A DNA stretch of 63,703 nt, filler included, from Basidiobolus meristosporus CBS 931.73 (taxonomy: Eukaryota; Fungi; Basidiobolomycota): NCBI GenBank assembly GCA_002104905.1. It is 3 parts of 3 records of this genome, joined end to end, with 100 filler letters (N's around TTAATTAATTAA, not from the genome) between each part and the next. Parts side by side here need not be neighbours in the genome. Positions count along the whole stretch, not along the records: positions 23,429 to 54,073 come from MCFE01000846.1; 2 more parts are not named here. The stretch is one strand, 5' to 3'. The translations under genes were made by a program, and so were the position numbers. Numbering within the stretch: position 1 is the stretch's first letter; each line of letters begins with the position of its first letter. The notes below the pieces were generated by a model, which had not been told where the DNA came from, did no database searches, and worked only from the letters and a program-made list of their open reading frames with translations. This document shows positions 24,574 to 37,293 of the stretch, one piece after another.

Positions 24574-26575
24574 AGACCCAGGAGCCCATGATCACTGGAG
24601 GAACCCTCTCCAATGGACTACCTGCCAAGTATCAAGAGTTTGCCCATGTTTTTGATAAGAAGAAAGCAGCACTACTCCCATCACATAGACCCTATGATTG
24701 TCCCATTGACCTTCAAGATGGAAAAACCCCACCTTTTGGCCCTATCTATAGCCTTTTGCAACCTAAGTTGAAAGAACCCCATGGCTATATCCAAGAAAAC
24801 CTCCAGAAAGGTATTATTCAGCATGCTAAGTTCCAAGCTGGTGCCCTAAACCTCTTGGTCAAGAAAGGTATGGTACCTCAAAAACATGCATAGGCTACTG
24901 TGCACTGAATAAGATCACAATTAAGAACATGTAGCCTTTGCCCCTGATCAACACCCTGTTGGATCAACTCACTACTGCCAAAGTATTTACTAAAATTGAC
25001 TTCAGATAAGCCTATAGCCTTGTCAAGATCAAGCCTGATGATGAATGGAAAGCTGCCTTCAGAGCTAGATATGGCCACTTTGAGTATAAAGTTATGCCAT
25101 TTTGCCTAACCAATGCCACAGCTGTTTTGCAACACATGATAAATGACATATTCTGTGGGTACACTGACTATTTTGTGGTTATCTACCTTGATGATATCCT
25201 GATCTTCTCCAAGACTCAAGAAGAACGTAATTCCCATGTGAAGAAAGTCTTGACCAAGCTTGACACCACTGGCCACTATGTCAAACTGAAAAAATGTGAG
25301 CTGGACCAGAAAGAATTTGAGTTCCAAGGCTATTTTATAAGCTCAAATGCAGCAAGAATGGTCCCCAAGAAAGTAGGATTCATTCAATCCTGGAAATCTC
25401 CCAGTTCTGTCAAAGAAGGGCAATCCTTCCTTGAGTTTGCCAACTTCTGCTGTTGATTCATTGCCAACCACTCCAAGATAGCCACTCCCTTGACAAAGCT
25501 CACTCAGAAGAATCTGCCCTTTGTCTGGAATAAGGAATAGTCTGAGTCACTTGATTATTTCAAGAAATCCTTCTTGTGTGCCCCACTGCTTGCCCTCCCT
25601 GACCTTGAGAGACCCTACATGATAGAAACAAATGCCTCTGACTATGCCCTTTGTGCCATCCTTTCCCAGTATGATGACAAGAATGTGCTACACCCCAATA
25701 GATTCTACTCTCAAAAATTTACTCCAGCTGAAGAAAATTATGATATCTATGTCAAGGAACAACTTGCAATCATTGTTGCCTTTAAACAATGGAGACACTC
25801 CCTTGATGGTGCAACCCAAATAATAAAGATCATCTGTGACCACAAGAGCCTCAAGTACTATACCACCTCAAAAGTACTAAGCCAGAGACAAGCCAGATGG
25901 TCCTGCTTCCTGTCTACCTTTGACTTTGTCATTGCCTATTGACCAGATGTGAAACAAGGATAATTAGATGCCCTACCCAGAAAGGTGGAGTATTCCCTTA
26001 AAGAATGGGATGATGCCTATTGGCAAACAAAAAACCCTGTACTCAACTGAAGACATTTTGAACTCTTTGCAACCTAGTCCTCCAGTATTATAGCTCCTTT
26101 ACTACTTGAGAAGGTCAATACCAGCCAAGCCACCAACTCCATAGTGGCAACAATTAAGAAATACCTCAAGTCTCCCCCTGCCCCAGCACCCAAGTTCCCA
26201 AACCTCCAGCACCTACATCTATTCAATGACATCATCTATCACCAGCACCAACTGATAATCCCAGACCTTAATACCCAGTTGGATACCATCCATTCTTGTC
26301 ATGATTTAATGGCTCCAGGACATTTTGATACCGCCAAAACCATGAATACAATCAAAAGAAAATTCCAGTGGCCCAAGATGAGATATCTTGCCAAAGAGTA
26401 CCTCCAATCCATGGATAGATGTAATTGTGAAAAATCTGCCAGACACCAGCTATGTGGACTTCTTCAACCCTTGCCAATTCCTGACCAACAATGGAAGTCA
26501 ATTTCAATAGACTTCATAACCAACCTCCTAGAATCCAGCCAATTCAATTCAGGCCTGGTTGTATTGATAATGTGA
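24574..26575 (+). mobile_element. Ty3/Gypsy (chromovirus-like) family E pol remnant: RT, RNase H, integrase N-terminus
   Basis: LPSHRPYDCPIDL, YLDDILIFS, IETNASDYALCAILSQ, HDLMAPGHF and LLQPLPIPDQQWKSISIDFIT; many stops. Confidence 0.92.
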
Positions 26576-26579
26576 ATGT

Positions 26580-26792
26580 GCCAAGTTGGTATTGATAACA
26601 TGTTTATGGATAAACATTCCAGCAATTTTGACCTATGACCCAAATGCTTCCAATGTGCTCTTAGTAGAGACAGCTCCAGAAGTCCACTGGAATATATTTA
26701 TATCTGGATCATCCAGTTCTTGTACTTGTACTGTTACATAAGCATATACATACTGATTAGAGCTTGTGAGAAGTACTCTGGGTACCAATTCT
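26580..26792 (-). pseudogene. Diverged CACTA-type transposase fragment; host site of CMC copy 2, continuing after 50519
   Basis: Aligns by eye to 35520-35660 (cttccaatgt.ctctt.gtag...catccagt...aagtact). 50520-50545 continues the alignment to ~35670-35690. Confidence 0.65.
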
Positions 26793-27214
26793 CCCTACAA
26801 AAAATAATTTGATCCCACATGTGGATCCTATCTGGATCAGCTCTCAGGATCCTGTTTAGAGACTGTCATAAAACCAGCAGCTTGGAATTAGTGACCCTGT
26901 TGGTGTTTTGCCAATTTTACAACCAAATAAAAGAATAAAACCTGACAGGATTTAATTGGTGCTGTGACAATAATTGCATGGTATTGTTGTGGTCTTTTAG
27001 CACTCTACAACCATTTTAAGTGTATCCAACATGTTAGGACATCCAATTGCCCTATATGGCAAGAAGCTTGACAGTATATTGACAGCCTCACAGCAAGACT
27101 CTGATGGCATTACACTGGCAGTATGATGGCCTACAGCTGGTTCTGTATTATGCTACTGTACCAATTTTCTAAACGGTATTTCCTTTTTCTACCTCCACTT
27201 GTGCAGTTCATATA

Positions 27215-27583
27215 TGTGAGTACTAAATGCAGTACCCACTCTTTGCCCAAGAGTTCTCCCCAGAGTCCTACCCAAAGTCCCCCAGTATCCTCCCTATGAT
27301 TCCCCATGCACCCTCCCTCCTAACCCTGCCCTTATCTAGTTAGAGCACTAACCATAACAGGAAGGTGTTCACACCCCTATTTTATAACACATTGTCTATT
27401 ATCTAAGCCCCCCCAAATGATATATATATGTACCCAATAAAACCAAGTGAAGGGGATTTGGATGGAATAAACACAAGTCTTTGTTACCTTGCTACATTCT
27501 ATAGGAAGCTATTCAGAACCAAGTGGTACTGACTTGAGCTACAAGCTCTCCCACTCACCAAGTACAGTCGGTAATAACCCACA
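27215..27583 (+). repeat. 5' LTR of Gypsy C
   Basis: Direct repeat of 33465-33833 with TG...CA ends. Confidence 0.92.
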
Positions 27584-30286
27584 TATTTGGTGTCATCACT
27601 GCAGAAATAGGCACAAGTGAGGTAATGACTACTACAATCAAACTAAAAACATACAAGGGAAAGAGAGAGAAAGCCCTTGAGTGGTTTGATAAGTTTGAGA
27701 GAGTTGCGGTTGATGCAGGATGGGACAACAATAAGAAAGTAAGGGAGTTTGCAAGACATATAGAAGGGTCAGCATGGCAATGGCATTATGGGTTGGAAGA
27801 TGCAGTGAAAGATGACTGGGATGCACTAGAAGAAGCCTACAAGACATGCTTTCTATACGCCAAAGGATACCACTACAAAGCCCTTCTACTGTCCTCATGG
27901 AAGAAAAGCAGTGAGAGCTATGAAGCCTACACTGGACTGTTTCTACAACAAGTTCAATGTCTCCTAAAGGACAAAATTGCCAAATGACAGCTCATGAGGT
28001 ATTACATCATGGGCTTAGACAACAAAATAAGACATAGGGCATCCAAAGAACAACAGGGATGTAAAACATTGCAAGAGTTGGTCAAACAAGTATGAGGGGC
28101 CATCTTGCTATGGGGGCTACCCTATAGTGATACAAATGATTGAAGGACAGGGATCCCTTGTGAAAAAGGAAAAATCACCTCCCCAAAAGACCATCAGTTA
28201 GAGGAATTACGGCAAAAGGTCCAAGAACTCTCAATCAACAATGTCCAAGAAGTCCCCAAAGAAGGTGATAAACTCTGGGAAGCAGTTGCAGATTTAAAGG
28301 CCCAGGTACAAGCCCTGACCAAACAGATGGAACAACTGCAACAACAGTACCCATGTTATGTATATGGAGAAGTGGGCCACCAAGCCCACAAATGTGAGAA
28401 ATGGTATGGATGAGAACCCGTACTAGACACAAAAGAGAAGAAGGCATTAAAAGACAGAGTCCCTTGCCAGGAGGCCAACAGGACTCAGTCAATTTAAGCC
28501 CTCTGGTCAGAACAGTCAAAGTACAGAAGAAGAAGCGTTGAAGTGATGCTTCTAGAGAGGAGGCAAAGGAGCCTGTAGTGGAGGTTCTGTCAAAAGGAAA
28601 GAAAACGGAATTAGGTGAAGTGGTACAGAATGAGCCTTGGGAAGCAGTGTTGAAGCAAACAAAGAACACTAATATGTCTTCCCATGGCCTATTTCCATAA
28701 TAAAAGTACTAGAGCAAACCAAGGCAACCCTCCCAATAACCAATTACTGGGACTGGCCCCAGCTCTAGTCAAGGAATTGATAGAGGGATTGAAGGAGATA
28801 ACAACTCTTCATGTCAACCAGACAGTCCTGCAAGAACTGAATAAAGGTACATATGTAAAGGTACGTATAGAGAATAAGGAGATTCTTGCCCTTATTGACA
28901 CAGGATCCTCTATGTTGATCATGTCAGAACCATTAGCAAAACATCTAAAGTTAGATATAGTCTCCAACAACACCATTTGGGCACAGCTAGCAAATGACTA
29001 ACTGGACACAACAGTAGGAGTGGTGCCTAATTGCCCCATCTGGCTAGGTAACTTGATTATACACCAAGATGTTGTGGTTATACCTGTTGCAGCCAACAAC
29101 TTACTCATTGATGAGAGTTGGTTTATCAGCATAAGATGGAGATACTCTACAGTGCATCTGAGCTCAGGTGGGATACCAAGAGTATCCCACTGCTTCATAT
29201 CACCAATGAGAGCAACGCACATAGCAACAGTGTGGCAACCAAAGAGGTGAAACCGTTGCAGTCTCCAATCATCACACAAAAGGTGATAAAAATAACAACC
29301 GACAGTGAGACAGTGATCTCATTAGAGACACCAATAGCTTATTTGACAAGCAGAAGAATGATAACTGCAGCAAAGGCATCCAAGCAACTGGAAGGTATCT
29401 TGATCCTACAGTATGGATACCACCAAAATTTGAAACGCAAAGTCTGAAGTGCTTAGTGGTTAACAACGGGCAACACATGGTGACATTGCCTAAAGGAGTG
29501 CCATTGTTAAACCTAGAGGAAGTTGACAGAAACAACCAAGGGCCACCTACAAACAAGGAACCAGAAGAAGAACTCCCCAAACTAGATGTGCCAGTCTACT
29601 GCCTGCATTACAAGATAAGCTCCTAGAAGGAATACACCTGCTTGCCCAAGTATTCTCTAAGAACCAAGTAATTGGTCATATACCTGCGGTATATCACCAA
29701 ATCCACCTCACCAACAAATACCCCATCAAGCAAAAAGCCTATAGGAACTCAAAAATTGACATGGACTATATCAAAGAGACAATTGAAACTTTATTAAAAG
29801 ACAACATCATTACAGAGAGCCAGTCCCTGTGGGCCTACCCTGTAGTGATAGTCCCAAAGAAAGACAGAAAGCAATGCTTTTACATTGACAACCAAAAATT
29901 GAACACCATTACCTGGAAGGACATGTATCCACTACCGCATATAGACAACCTGTTCAACAGATTAATTGAAGCTAAATATTTTAGCTTGCTTGACTTAGTC
30001 TCTGAGTATTGGCAAGTGAAAGTAGCCCTGGAAGATCAACCCAAAACCACTTTTATAACATCATTTGGATTATACAAATGGAACCAACTACCCTTTGGAT
30101 TGTGCAATGCCACCTCTATGTTCCAAAGCATGATACCCTGTTACCAAGATAGAATGTCTGGCTGTTGTTTATTCAATTAAACAATTCCATTCATACATAT
30201 ATGGTTGCTGGTTCACAATAGTAACAGACCACAGCGCACTGGTTTGGCTGATGAAAACTAAAGACTTTACCGGTTGACTAGCACAT

Positions 30287-31357
30287 TGTAGTGGGGTGAC
30301 ATTGACTCCCACTGACAGATGTGCTCATTTCCTTATTTTCCACTTTCCTATATCTGTACTACATTTATTTTAGTTTGATCCCATTTGTCTTACCCAATCA
30401 GTACTATCCCGTAAGCCGGTTGACTATCACACCCACTTACCTTATTGCATAAGTTACCCCTCACTTTATGTAAGATTACTAGCTATAAGTGCTTCTATAT
30501 TAGGCAAGTACCAGTGCCAGTACCCGTGACACATGATCAACCCGTGTCACCATCCCTACCATTTCCATACCATATATGGTATCCCTATGTTACAAAGGTC
30601 TCAGAATACTGATTTCTGATTGGTTGGATGTGCTGTGCCTCTTAGAACCTTTCAGCACCTACTTAGAACATTCCTAGGTCATTCTGATGGCATTAAGATT
30701 TCTACTGATATCCGTAACCTTCTGGAATACTATGATTAGTAATCACTTAGCCAGCAAGAAAAGTATATAAGGGAGGCTATCCCTCAACAATAAATCATCA
30801 TCCCTTTTATCAATATACCAACTTATTGATTAGTGTGATCACTGCTACCTGCTGCTACCTGAACTTCCAACCCCAGACCACAGGACACTCCCAGGAAACC
30901 ACGCTGACAGCCAACTGACCTTGGAGGCACTACTTGTGAGGAATACTCAGAATAGGTATCTTTTATTATATTTAATTCTTTCCCAAGTTTGTTCTTGTAC
31001 AGGCAAAGATACTTTTCTGTCTTTGTAACTATTGACCACAGCTGCATTCTTATCAAGTCCCTGCTGGTGGAGTTTACAGTTGTTCTGACTTTGGAAGCTT
31101 TAGTACATTGTCATCTCAAAGGACGCTGAGCCCAGCACATACTTTTGTTATGACGCCAACTAAGCTGGGGATTGTAGCTCAATAGTTTTCCCTTGACAAG
31201 CTTGTGGCTTTATTCCCCTTCACATTAGATAAGAGACATAACCCAAGTATTCCTAGCAAGCTTTTGCCAGATGTTATTGCACCCAGTGAACACCCCACAC
31301 ACAAAACACTTGAGAAGTGTTAGACGTATCTCTCCCTTGGACCTATACACCACCACA
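30287..31357 (+). repeat. Solo LTR (1071 bp) inserted in the RNase H region of Gypsy C
   Basis: TGTAGTG...CACCACA ends with ACAT TSD. Removing it restores CTA GCA CAT TGG GCC CTC CAA ([11 protein letters not shown]). Confidence 0.85.
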
Positions 31358-32213
31358 ACATTGGGCCCTCCAACTACAAGAATACAACTTCAAAGTAGTT
31401 CATTGCGCAGGCAAGAAGCACCAAGACGCAGACTTCCTCAGTCACTATCCCATTTGCTAGGTACATGTCAGCAATGACTACAAAGACATAATCTGCTTTA
31501 AAAGAAGAGGGAAGTATTCCAAACATGTTGTTACAAATAAGCAGAAGAGAGACTTCTGAAAGTCATGGTGTCAGTACAAAGTACAAGAAAACCAATTATG
31601 GTTCCTTCTAGGACAGTTCAGAGTCAAGGTACCCCTGGTAACTGCCTGCAAAGAAATCATACAAGAAAAACATATGTCATTAGGATATGCTAACCCCCTA
31701 ACAACATACAAGATGTTAAGAAAGATGTTTTATTGGAAAAAAATGATGATGGATGTTGTGAATATGCTACAAAGATGCTCCACCTGCAAAAGATTTAACC
31801 AGAGTCAGAGGATAGGGACAACCTCACCAATACTGCTTGACCTACCCTTCCACCAGGTAGGGATTGACTTTGTTGACCCTTTTATGAAAACAAAGAAAGG
31901 AGAACAATACATAGTAATTGCTACCAATTATTTCTCAAAGTGGGTAGAAGCCCAAGCCACATTTACAACCCAATGAATTGGCCCTGCACTGTTATTAGTC
32001 CAGACCACAGACCAAAGTACACCATCACCCTGAACAATGAGAAGATCAGCAACGTAGCACCAGCCCATCTGAAACCATTTCATGATGATCCACTGATCAT
32101 CACTGAAGCCAAAGTGTGATTAAACAATTCTCACAAACAAGGATAGCGGAAGATATGAGATACATACAAAGTTTATTAGAGGAGACTTTAGTTGATAAAG
32201 GTATAAATGATAT

Positions 32214-33062
32214 GTGCAAGGAAGTTCACCCAAAGGGGAGAACAAAAGAATGCATATGGAAAGCACCAAAGGAAACAGTTCACCCAAAACTGGCAATACC
32301 CCTCCCACCAGCAAGAACCACAATGATATCAAAAACAAAACCAACCTGCAAGTGTTGAGAGATATGGTACAAGCATTACAAGCAATGAGAGCCATCTTTA
32401 AAGAGTTGTTTGCTGGAGCAGTCATGTTGATGCAAGACACAATCAGAGAGGGACAAGACAAGTTACCCACTACAATACAAAGCATGGAGATACTACCCAA
32501 GAAGACCGTGTACCACCTAGGAGGAGGTTCCTTGATCATTCAGGAGAAGGACACCGCACTGATTCCTGTATTAATACTGGACACATTCAGACAGAGGACA
32601 CAAGAAATCAACTGTTGTGCCCTCACAAGACCTGAAGAGCCCCCCTATTTTGTTGCATACTTGCCATTAATAGGTACCATGGTTGTTGAGGTATATGCAG
32701 ACCTGGTAAAAGCTGCAAGAGCAGCAGAAGTAGAACTCCCAATCAAAGGACTCCTCCAAGAAATTTGCAACCATCTTGAACCGCATTTCCAAGAAGGAAC
32801 CATCTTAGAGAAGATACACCAACAGATTAAATACACCAGCCAATTAACCCATGCAATCCACCAAGTTGCTGTGCTACAACTATTACAGTGGTTTACCATA
32901 GGACAACTCAGGAACCAGTACAAAGTCCAACTCCAAGAAGCCAAAGAAACCGCCGCAGACTCTGTAGAAGCAATGAGGCAAGTACAAAAGTGCCTCAATT
33001 GCACCACAGTTTCTATAGAAGAGCTACAATACATCTTGGAAGAAGCAAAAACTTGTTATTGA
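32214..33062 (+). CDS. Extra ORF (ORF3, 282 aa open, possibly ~400 aa ancestrally) of Gypsy C; function unknown
   Basis: Long open frame between the integrase stop (~32117) and the PPT/3' LTR; no recognisable motif. Confidence 0.6.
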   Translation: MQGSSPKGENKRMHMESTKGNSSPKTGNTPPTSKNHNDIKNKTNLQVLRDMVQALQAMRAIFKELFAGAVMLMQDTIREGQDKLPTTIQSMEILPKKTVYHLGGGSLIIQEKDTALIPVLILDTFRQRTQEINCCALTRPEEPPYFVAYLPLIGTMVVEVYADLVKAARAAEVELPIKGLLQEICNHLEPHFQEGTILEKIHQQIKYTSQLTHAIHQVAVLQLLQWFTIGQLRNQYKVQLQEAKETAADSVEAMRQVQKCLNCTTVSIEELQYILEEAKTCY

Positions 33063-33464
33063 CAATGGGTGAGTGCCAATTGAGTGTACACCCTCTTCAA
33101 AAGGTCCCCCACCATCATATTGAACACAAAAAGGACAAGCCCCAACAATGTTTGCAAGATAAAGAAGCAAGACTTTATCACGCTATAGCACCTTTTCTTG
33201 TTCTCCAACCCTCCCAAGGAACTTACTCAGAACACTATGATTTGCCAACTATTTTGCTCTGTGGAAAACATTCCTTGAGCAGCTCAAGCTGCACCCCACT
33301 CTGCCACCAAATGGTATCAGGTATTTGCCCATGACCCCCTTGAAAGTGACAACCAGCAATGGTACAATGGTGACTCCCCATGCTCTGTGAGCAAAATCAA
33401 CCCTGGAGAAGCAAGTTAGTCAAAGAACTTCAAGGACAAAGCTCCCTCTTAACCCCTGGGATAT

Positions 33465-33833
33465 GTGAGTGCTAATTGCAGTACCCACTCTTTGCCCAAG
33501 AGTTCTCCCCAGAGTCCTACCAAAAGTCCCCCAGTATCCTCCCTATGATTCCCCACGTGCCCTCCCTCCTATCCCTGCCCTTATCTAGTTAGAACACTAA
33601 CCATAACAGGAAGGTGTTCACACCCCTATTTTATAGCACATTGTCTATTATCTAAGCCCCCCCTGAATGACATATATATATACCCAATTGAACCAAGTGA
33701 AGGGGATTTGGATGGAATAAACACAAGTCTTTATTACCTTGCTACCTTCTATAGGAAGCTATTCAGAACCAAGTGGTACTGACTTGACCTACAAGCTCTC
33801 CCACTCACCAAGTACAGTCAGTAATAACCCACA
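33465..33833 (+). repeat. 3' LTR of Gypsy C
   Basis: Direct repeat of 27215-27583. Confidence 0.92.
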
Positions 33834-33869
33834 ATATATACCACTGTAGAATCACCCTTTTTTATTTGC

Positions 33870-36800
33870 TTACCCACTACTACCTTGGGTATTACATATA
33901 TATCTTGAGTCAAAAAAAATTATGGCCTCCTGTGTACTAACCTCTACAAATGCACACACCTGCCACAATTTACATACTTCTATCACCTCAACTTTACAGC
34001 TTTTTAGTGTGATACTTGCAAAGTTGCCAAATACCTTGTACTGCTGGTAACATATACATCTTGCAAACATATGCTTGTTTGTTGCCACTACTGCCATGAA
34101 TACCTTGTGAATATCTGCAAAGAACTTCTTGGTATTTGGCCAATATAGTCCCTCTCCCTGCTGGATTCTAGTCCCCCTTATAGGTACACTCTGGCTTTTG
34201 TTTGTGTGAATTCTGTATTGAATGGTGTAGAAGTTGGCTTGTGACCATGAGAAATCAGGCATACCTTGGCAGAGTTTTCAAAATAAAAATTAGTTGCTTG
34301 TTGCACCCAACCCAACTTTGAATTATTCAACTAATTCCCTACTGATTGGGACGGCTTAGCTTCTTAATGCCATAGGCATTGGTGTCTCCATGTGCACAAT
34401 TATCCTTGATATGTTCCAACTCTTCCTGGCTGTCTTCCATGTGCCAACTCATCATATCCATGACAGACTGAATATAATATTCCTGATGAGATTGGGATAT
34501 GGTAGTACCTGCAACTTGACTTGTCTTCCTATCTCCCCACACATCTGCTCCATAGGAAACTCCCAAAAGGTGAAGCAAGGCCCAATATTCTCCACACACA
34601 ATGCAAGCTGGAGTAGAGAATGGATACAGTAGCCACAGAGATCTATGTGTTAAGCTTTATGTTTGTTGTATAGCCACTCAAATCCTGTCACAAACTCCTT
34701 GCACAGCAGTTCTAGATATGTCAAGTAGGCATTAGACTTGTTCCGTTGGATAGTGCCACATTGAGCCATGAGTGCCAAATGATGTCATAGTGTGCCAGGG
34801 AGGCCAAATGAGCCTATACTTGGCCACAGAGTGTGAAAAAGAGCTCAGCATCTTCATGCAAGGCTGCCCCTGTGTTTCACCTATGATGTAGCAGAAAATT
34901 CACTCTTTGATGTTTTTTTGTGGATCAATGTTGTGCAGGATGTGAAAGAGCACAGAAGAACTGAAGACATGCATCAGGTACACAATACCCATGGCACTCT
35001 GAATCTAGCTCCTGTGGCTTGTAGCATGTCACAAAAATACATGGCACTATCTTGGTCCACTGGTACTATCTGGCACTATAATTGCTTTGTATAGATCTTA
35101 CTTTAGGGCTAATAATTAAATATAGTGCCAGATAGTACCAGAGGACCAAGAAAGTGCCATGTATTTTTGTGGCATACTACAAGCCACAGGAGCTGGATTC
35201 AGAGTGCCATGGGTATTGCGTACCTGATGCATGTCTTCAGTTCTTCTGTGCTCTTACACATCCTGCACTACATTGACCTAAAAAAAAAGGTCACAAAATG
35301 GATTTTCTCCAACACAATGAGTGAAACACAGGGGCAGCTTTGCATGAAGATGCTGAGCTCTATTTCACACTCTGTGGCCAAGTATAGGCTCATTTGGCCT
35401 CCCTGGCACACTAAGGCATCATTTGGCACTCATGGCTCAATGTGGCACTATCCAACGGAACAAGTCTATTGATGATCTGCTTCTGGATAAATATTCCTAC
35501 AATGTCCACATATGACTCCCAAGGCTTCCAATGTACTCTTGGTAGGAATGGCTTCAGCATACCACTTGAATAAATATATATCCAGCTCATCCAGTCTTTG
35601 CATTTATATTGCTGCATATGCATATGAATGTTAATTGGAACCCATACAAAGTACTTGGGGTAGCAGATACTCTGTAATATCTTGCCAACTCTTTCAGATT
35701 TCTCTGGTATTTCAGAGTGCTCATTTAGCTTGAAATGCTCCATGTACAACTTGGTCATCAGTATAGGGATATTGTTAAAAAGCAAATGCATTGCTACCAG
35801 TGGAAAGCTTTTGCTTCAACACATCCCTGTATCTTAAGTATCTCTTGTTTCCAATTGATTCCAAATTCTGTCCAATAGCTTATAGCTTGCCAACTTGGCT
35901 GCAATTGCATGCTGACTTCTGTATGTTCTCTCTGTGTATAGATAATGTTCTTAGTGCTGGTGCATGGGGAATAATAATTTGTGTGCATTGTGAGTAAATC
36001 CCCTGGATCTCACACATTTGACAGCAACACCATCCATTATGCCCAGAAAACCTGATATCTTGCTGATGGCTAGGGTATGTTCAATGCAGAAAATATTATG
36101 CACTTTACATGATGGCTATTCACTGTTATCCTGCTGGCAAGCATACAAGACTCATTCAGCAATGGATACAGGTAGCTATCCAGGTTGGACAGTGATTTAG
36201 GCCCAGATATCAGTGAGACAACCATTAGATTAGTGCTCTGATACCATAAGCTGGGCAGCAGATTCAGATTGATGATAATCAGTGGCCAGCAGGATTTTCT
36301 GGTAGTGTACTAGTTTAATGAGAATCTATCAAGTGCCAAAGCAAAGGCATGGTCATACATACCTTCAGAGTTGCCCTTGCTTCTTAGCTGTTTGTAATGT
36401 TTGCCATTGAATATATTGGATATGTTTGCGCTTGGTTGATCCTGAGTGGGGTACTGTATAGCTTTGCAATACTTGTTGGACTGCATCAGTTTCCTCAGAA
36501 GGGGTATGGCTAGAATATATCTGGAGTGTGAACAATGTTTTCCCTCAATGGTTGTGGATTCCTGACAATTTAGATACATCACAATGGTAGGATTCTTGGA
36601 TGTGGATGCCATACAACTATTAACACATGCTAGAATCAGGACAGTCCCTGGATCATATGCTTCTAGCTGCATGATGGTTGTCCACTTGTACCATGTACAT
36701 GGTAAGTTGCATCCTGATATGATTTTGGCAAGAAGTAGTATTAAATCCTCAAGGCCCCCATTACTGATATTAGTGGAAACACACCACTTCTCTAGCCAGA

Positions 36801-37293
36801 ACATTACATCATTCACCAGTAGATTGATTACTGGGTTCACTTGGCTCCATATAGTATCCTTGGCACTTGTTTCAATGGGTGTTGTCTCATTGCATATAGG
36901 GATTTGACTGGGCTCATATGTGGTACTGTTGTCAGGGGAGATAGGCTCAAAATCTATAAGTGAACCTTCTTTGTCAGAGCTACCACTCTGCATGTCATAT
37001 TCAGAAGGCTGAGGTGAGCCTAAAGGCATCACTAACTCACCTGACTTAGTTTGCGCAAGGTGACAAAGACTGCCAGGTGCCAATATAGAAATATCAACTG
37101 GCTGGCAAGATAATGTTAGTACAGTAGTGACCAATGACTGGTCAATTATGACTTGTGTGGCAAAACACTGGCCACAATCCTTGTAATACTTCCCATGCTG
37201 TCTGCATACTTCATGGCTGAGAGACTTGCCACAATAGCCACATGGTCTTTTTTCTTTTCTCTTATGGCATTGAGTCAAAGTAGTCTTGTTCAT
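33870..37293 (-). pseudogene. CACTA/EnSpm (Tnp2-type) transposase of CMC copy 2, with stops and a MITE insertion
   Basis: ORF 36310-37293 (RPCGYCG; LACVNSCMA; ISNIFNGKHYKQL; FALALDRF) continues after a stop with WPLIIINLNLLP...ISGPKSLSNLDSYLYPLLNE. C-terminal fragments at 34339-34599 and 33870-34262. Confidence 0.88.
34734..35467. mobile_element. Foldback MITE copy 1 (734 bp; ~347-bp inverted arms, 40-bp spacer), ATT TSD
   Basis: AGACTTGTTCC...GGAACAAGTCT ends. The empty site ggcATTggtgatctg is present in CMC copy 1 at ~4832. Confidence 0.92.

Larger units (their letters stand above)
27215..33833 (+). mobile_element. Ty3/Gypsy family C with both LTRs, degenerate gag-pol with internal deletions, and an extra ORF before the 3' LTR
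   Basis: 369-bp LTRs at 27215-27583 and 33465-33833 (TGTGAG...CCCACA), ATATA TSD, PBS-like TGGTGTCA at ~27588. Gag 27625-, protease LIDTGSS, RT 29761-30135, RNase H and integrase fragments. Confidence 0.92.
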
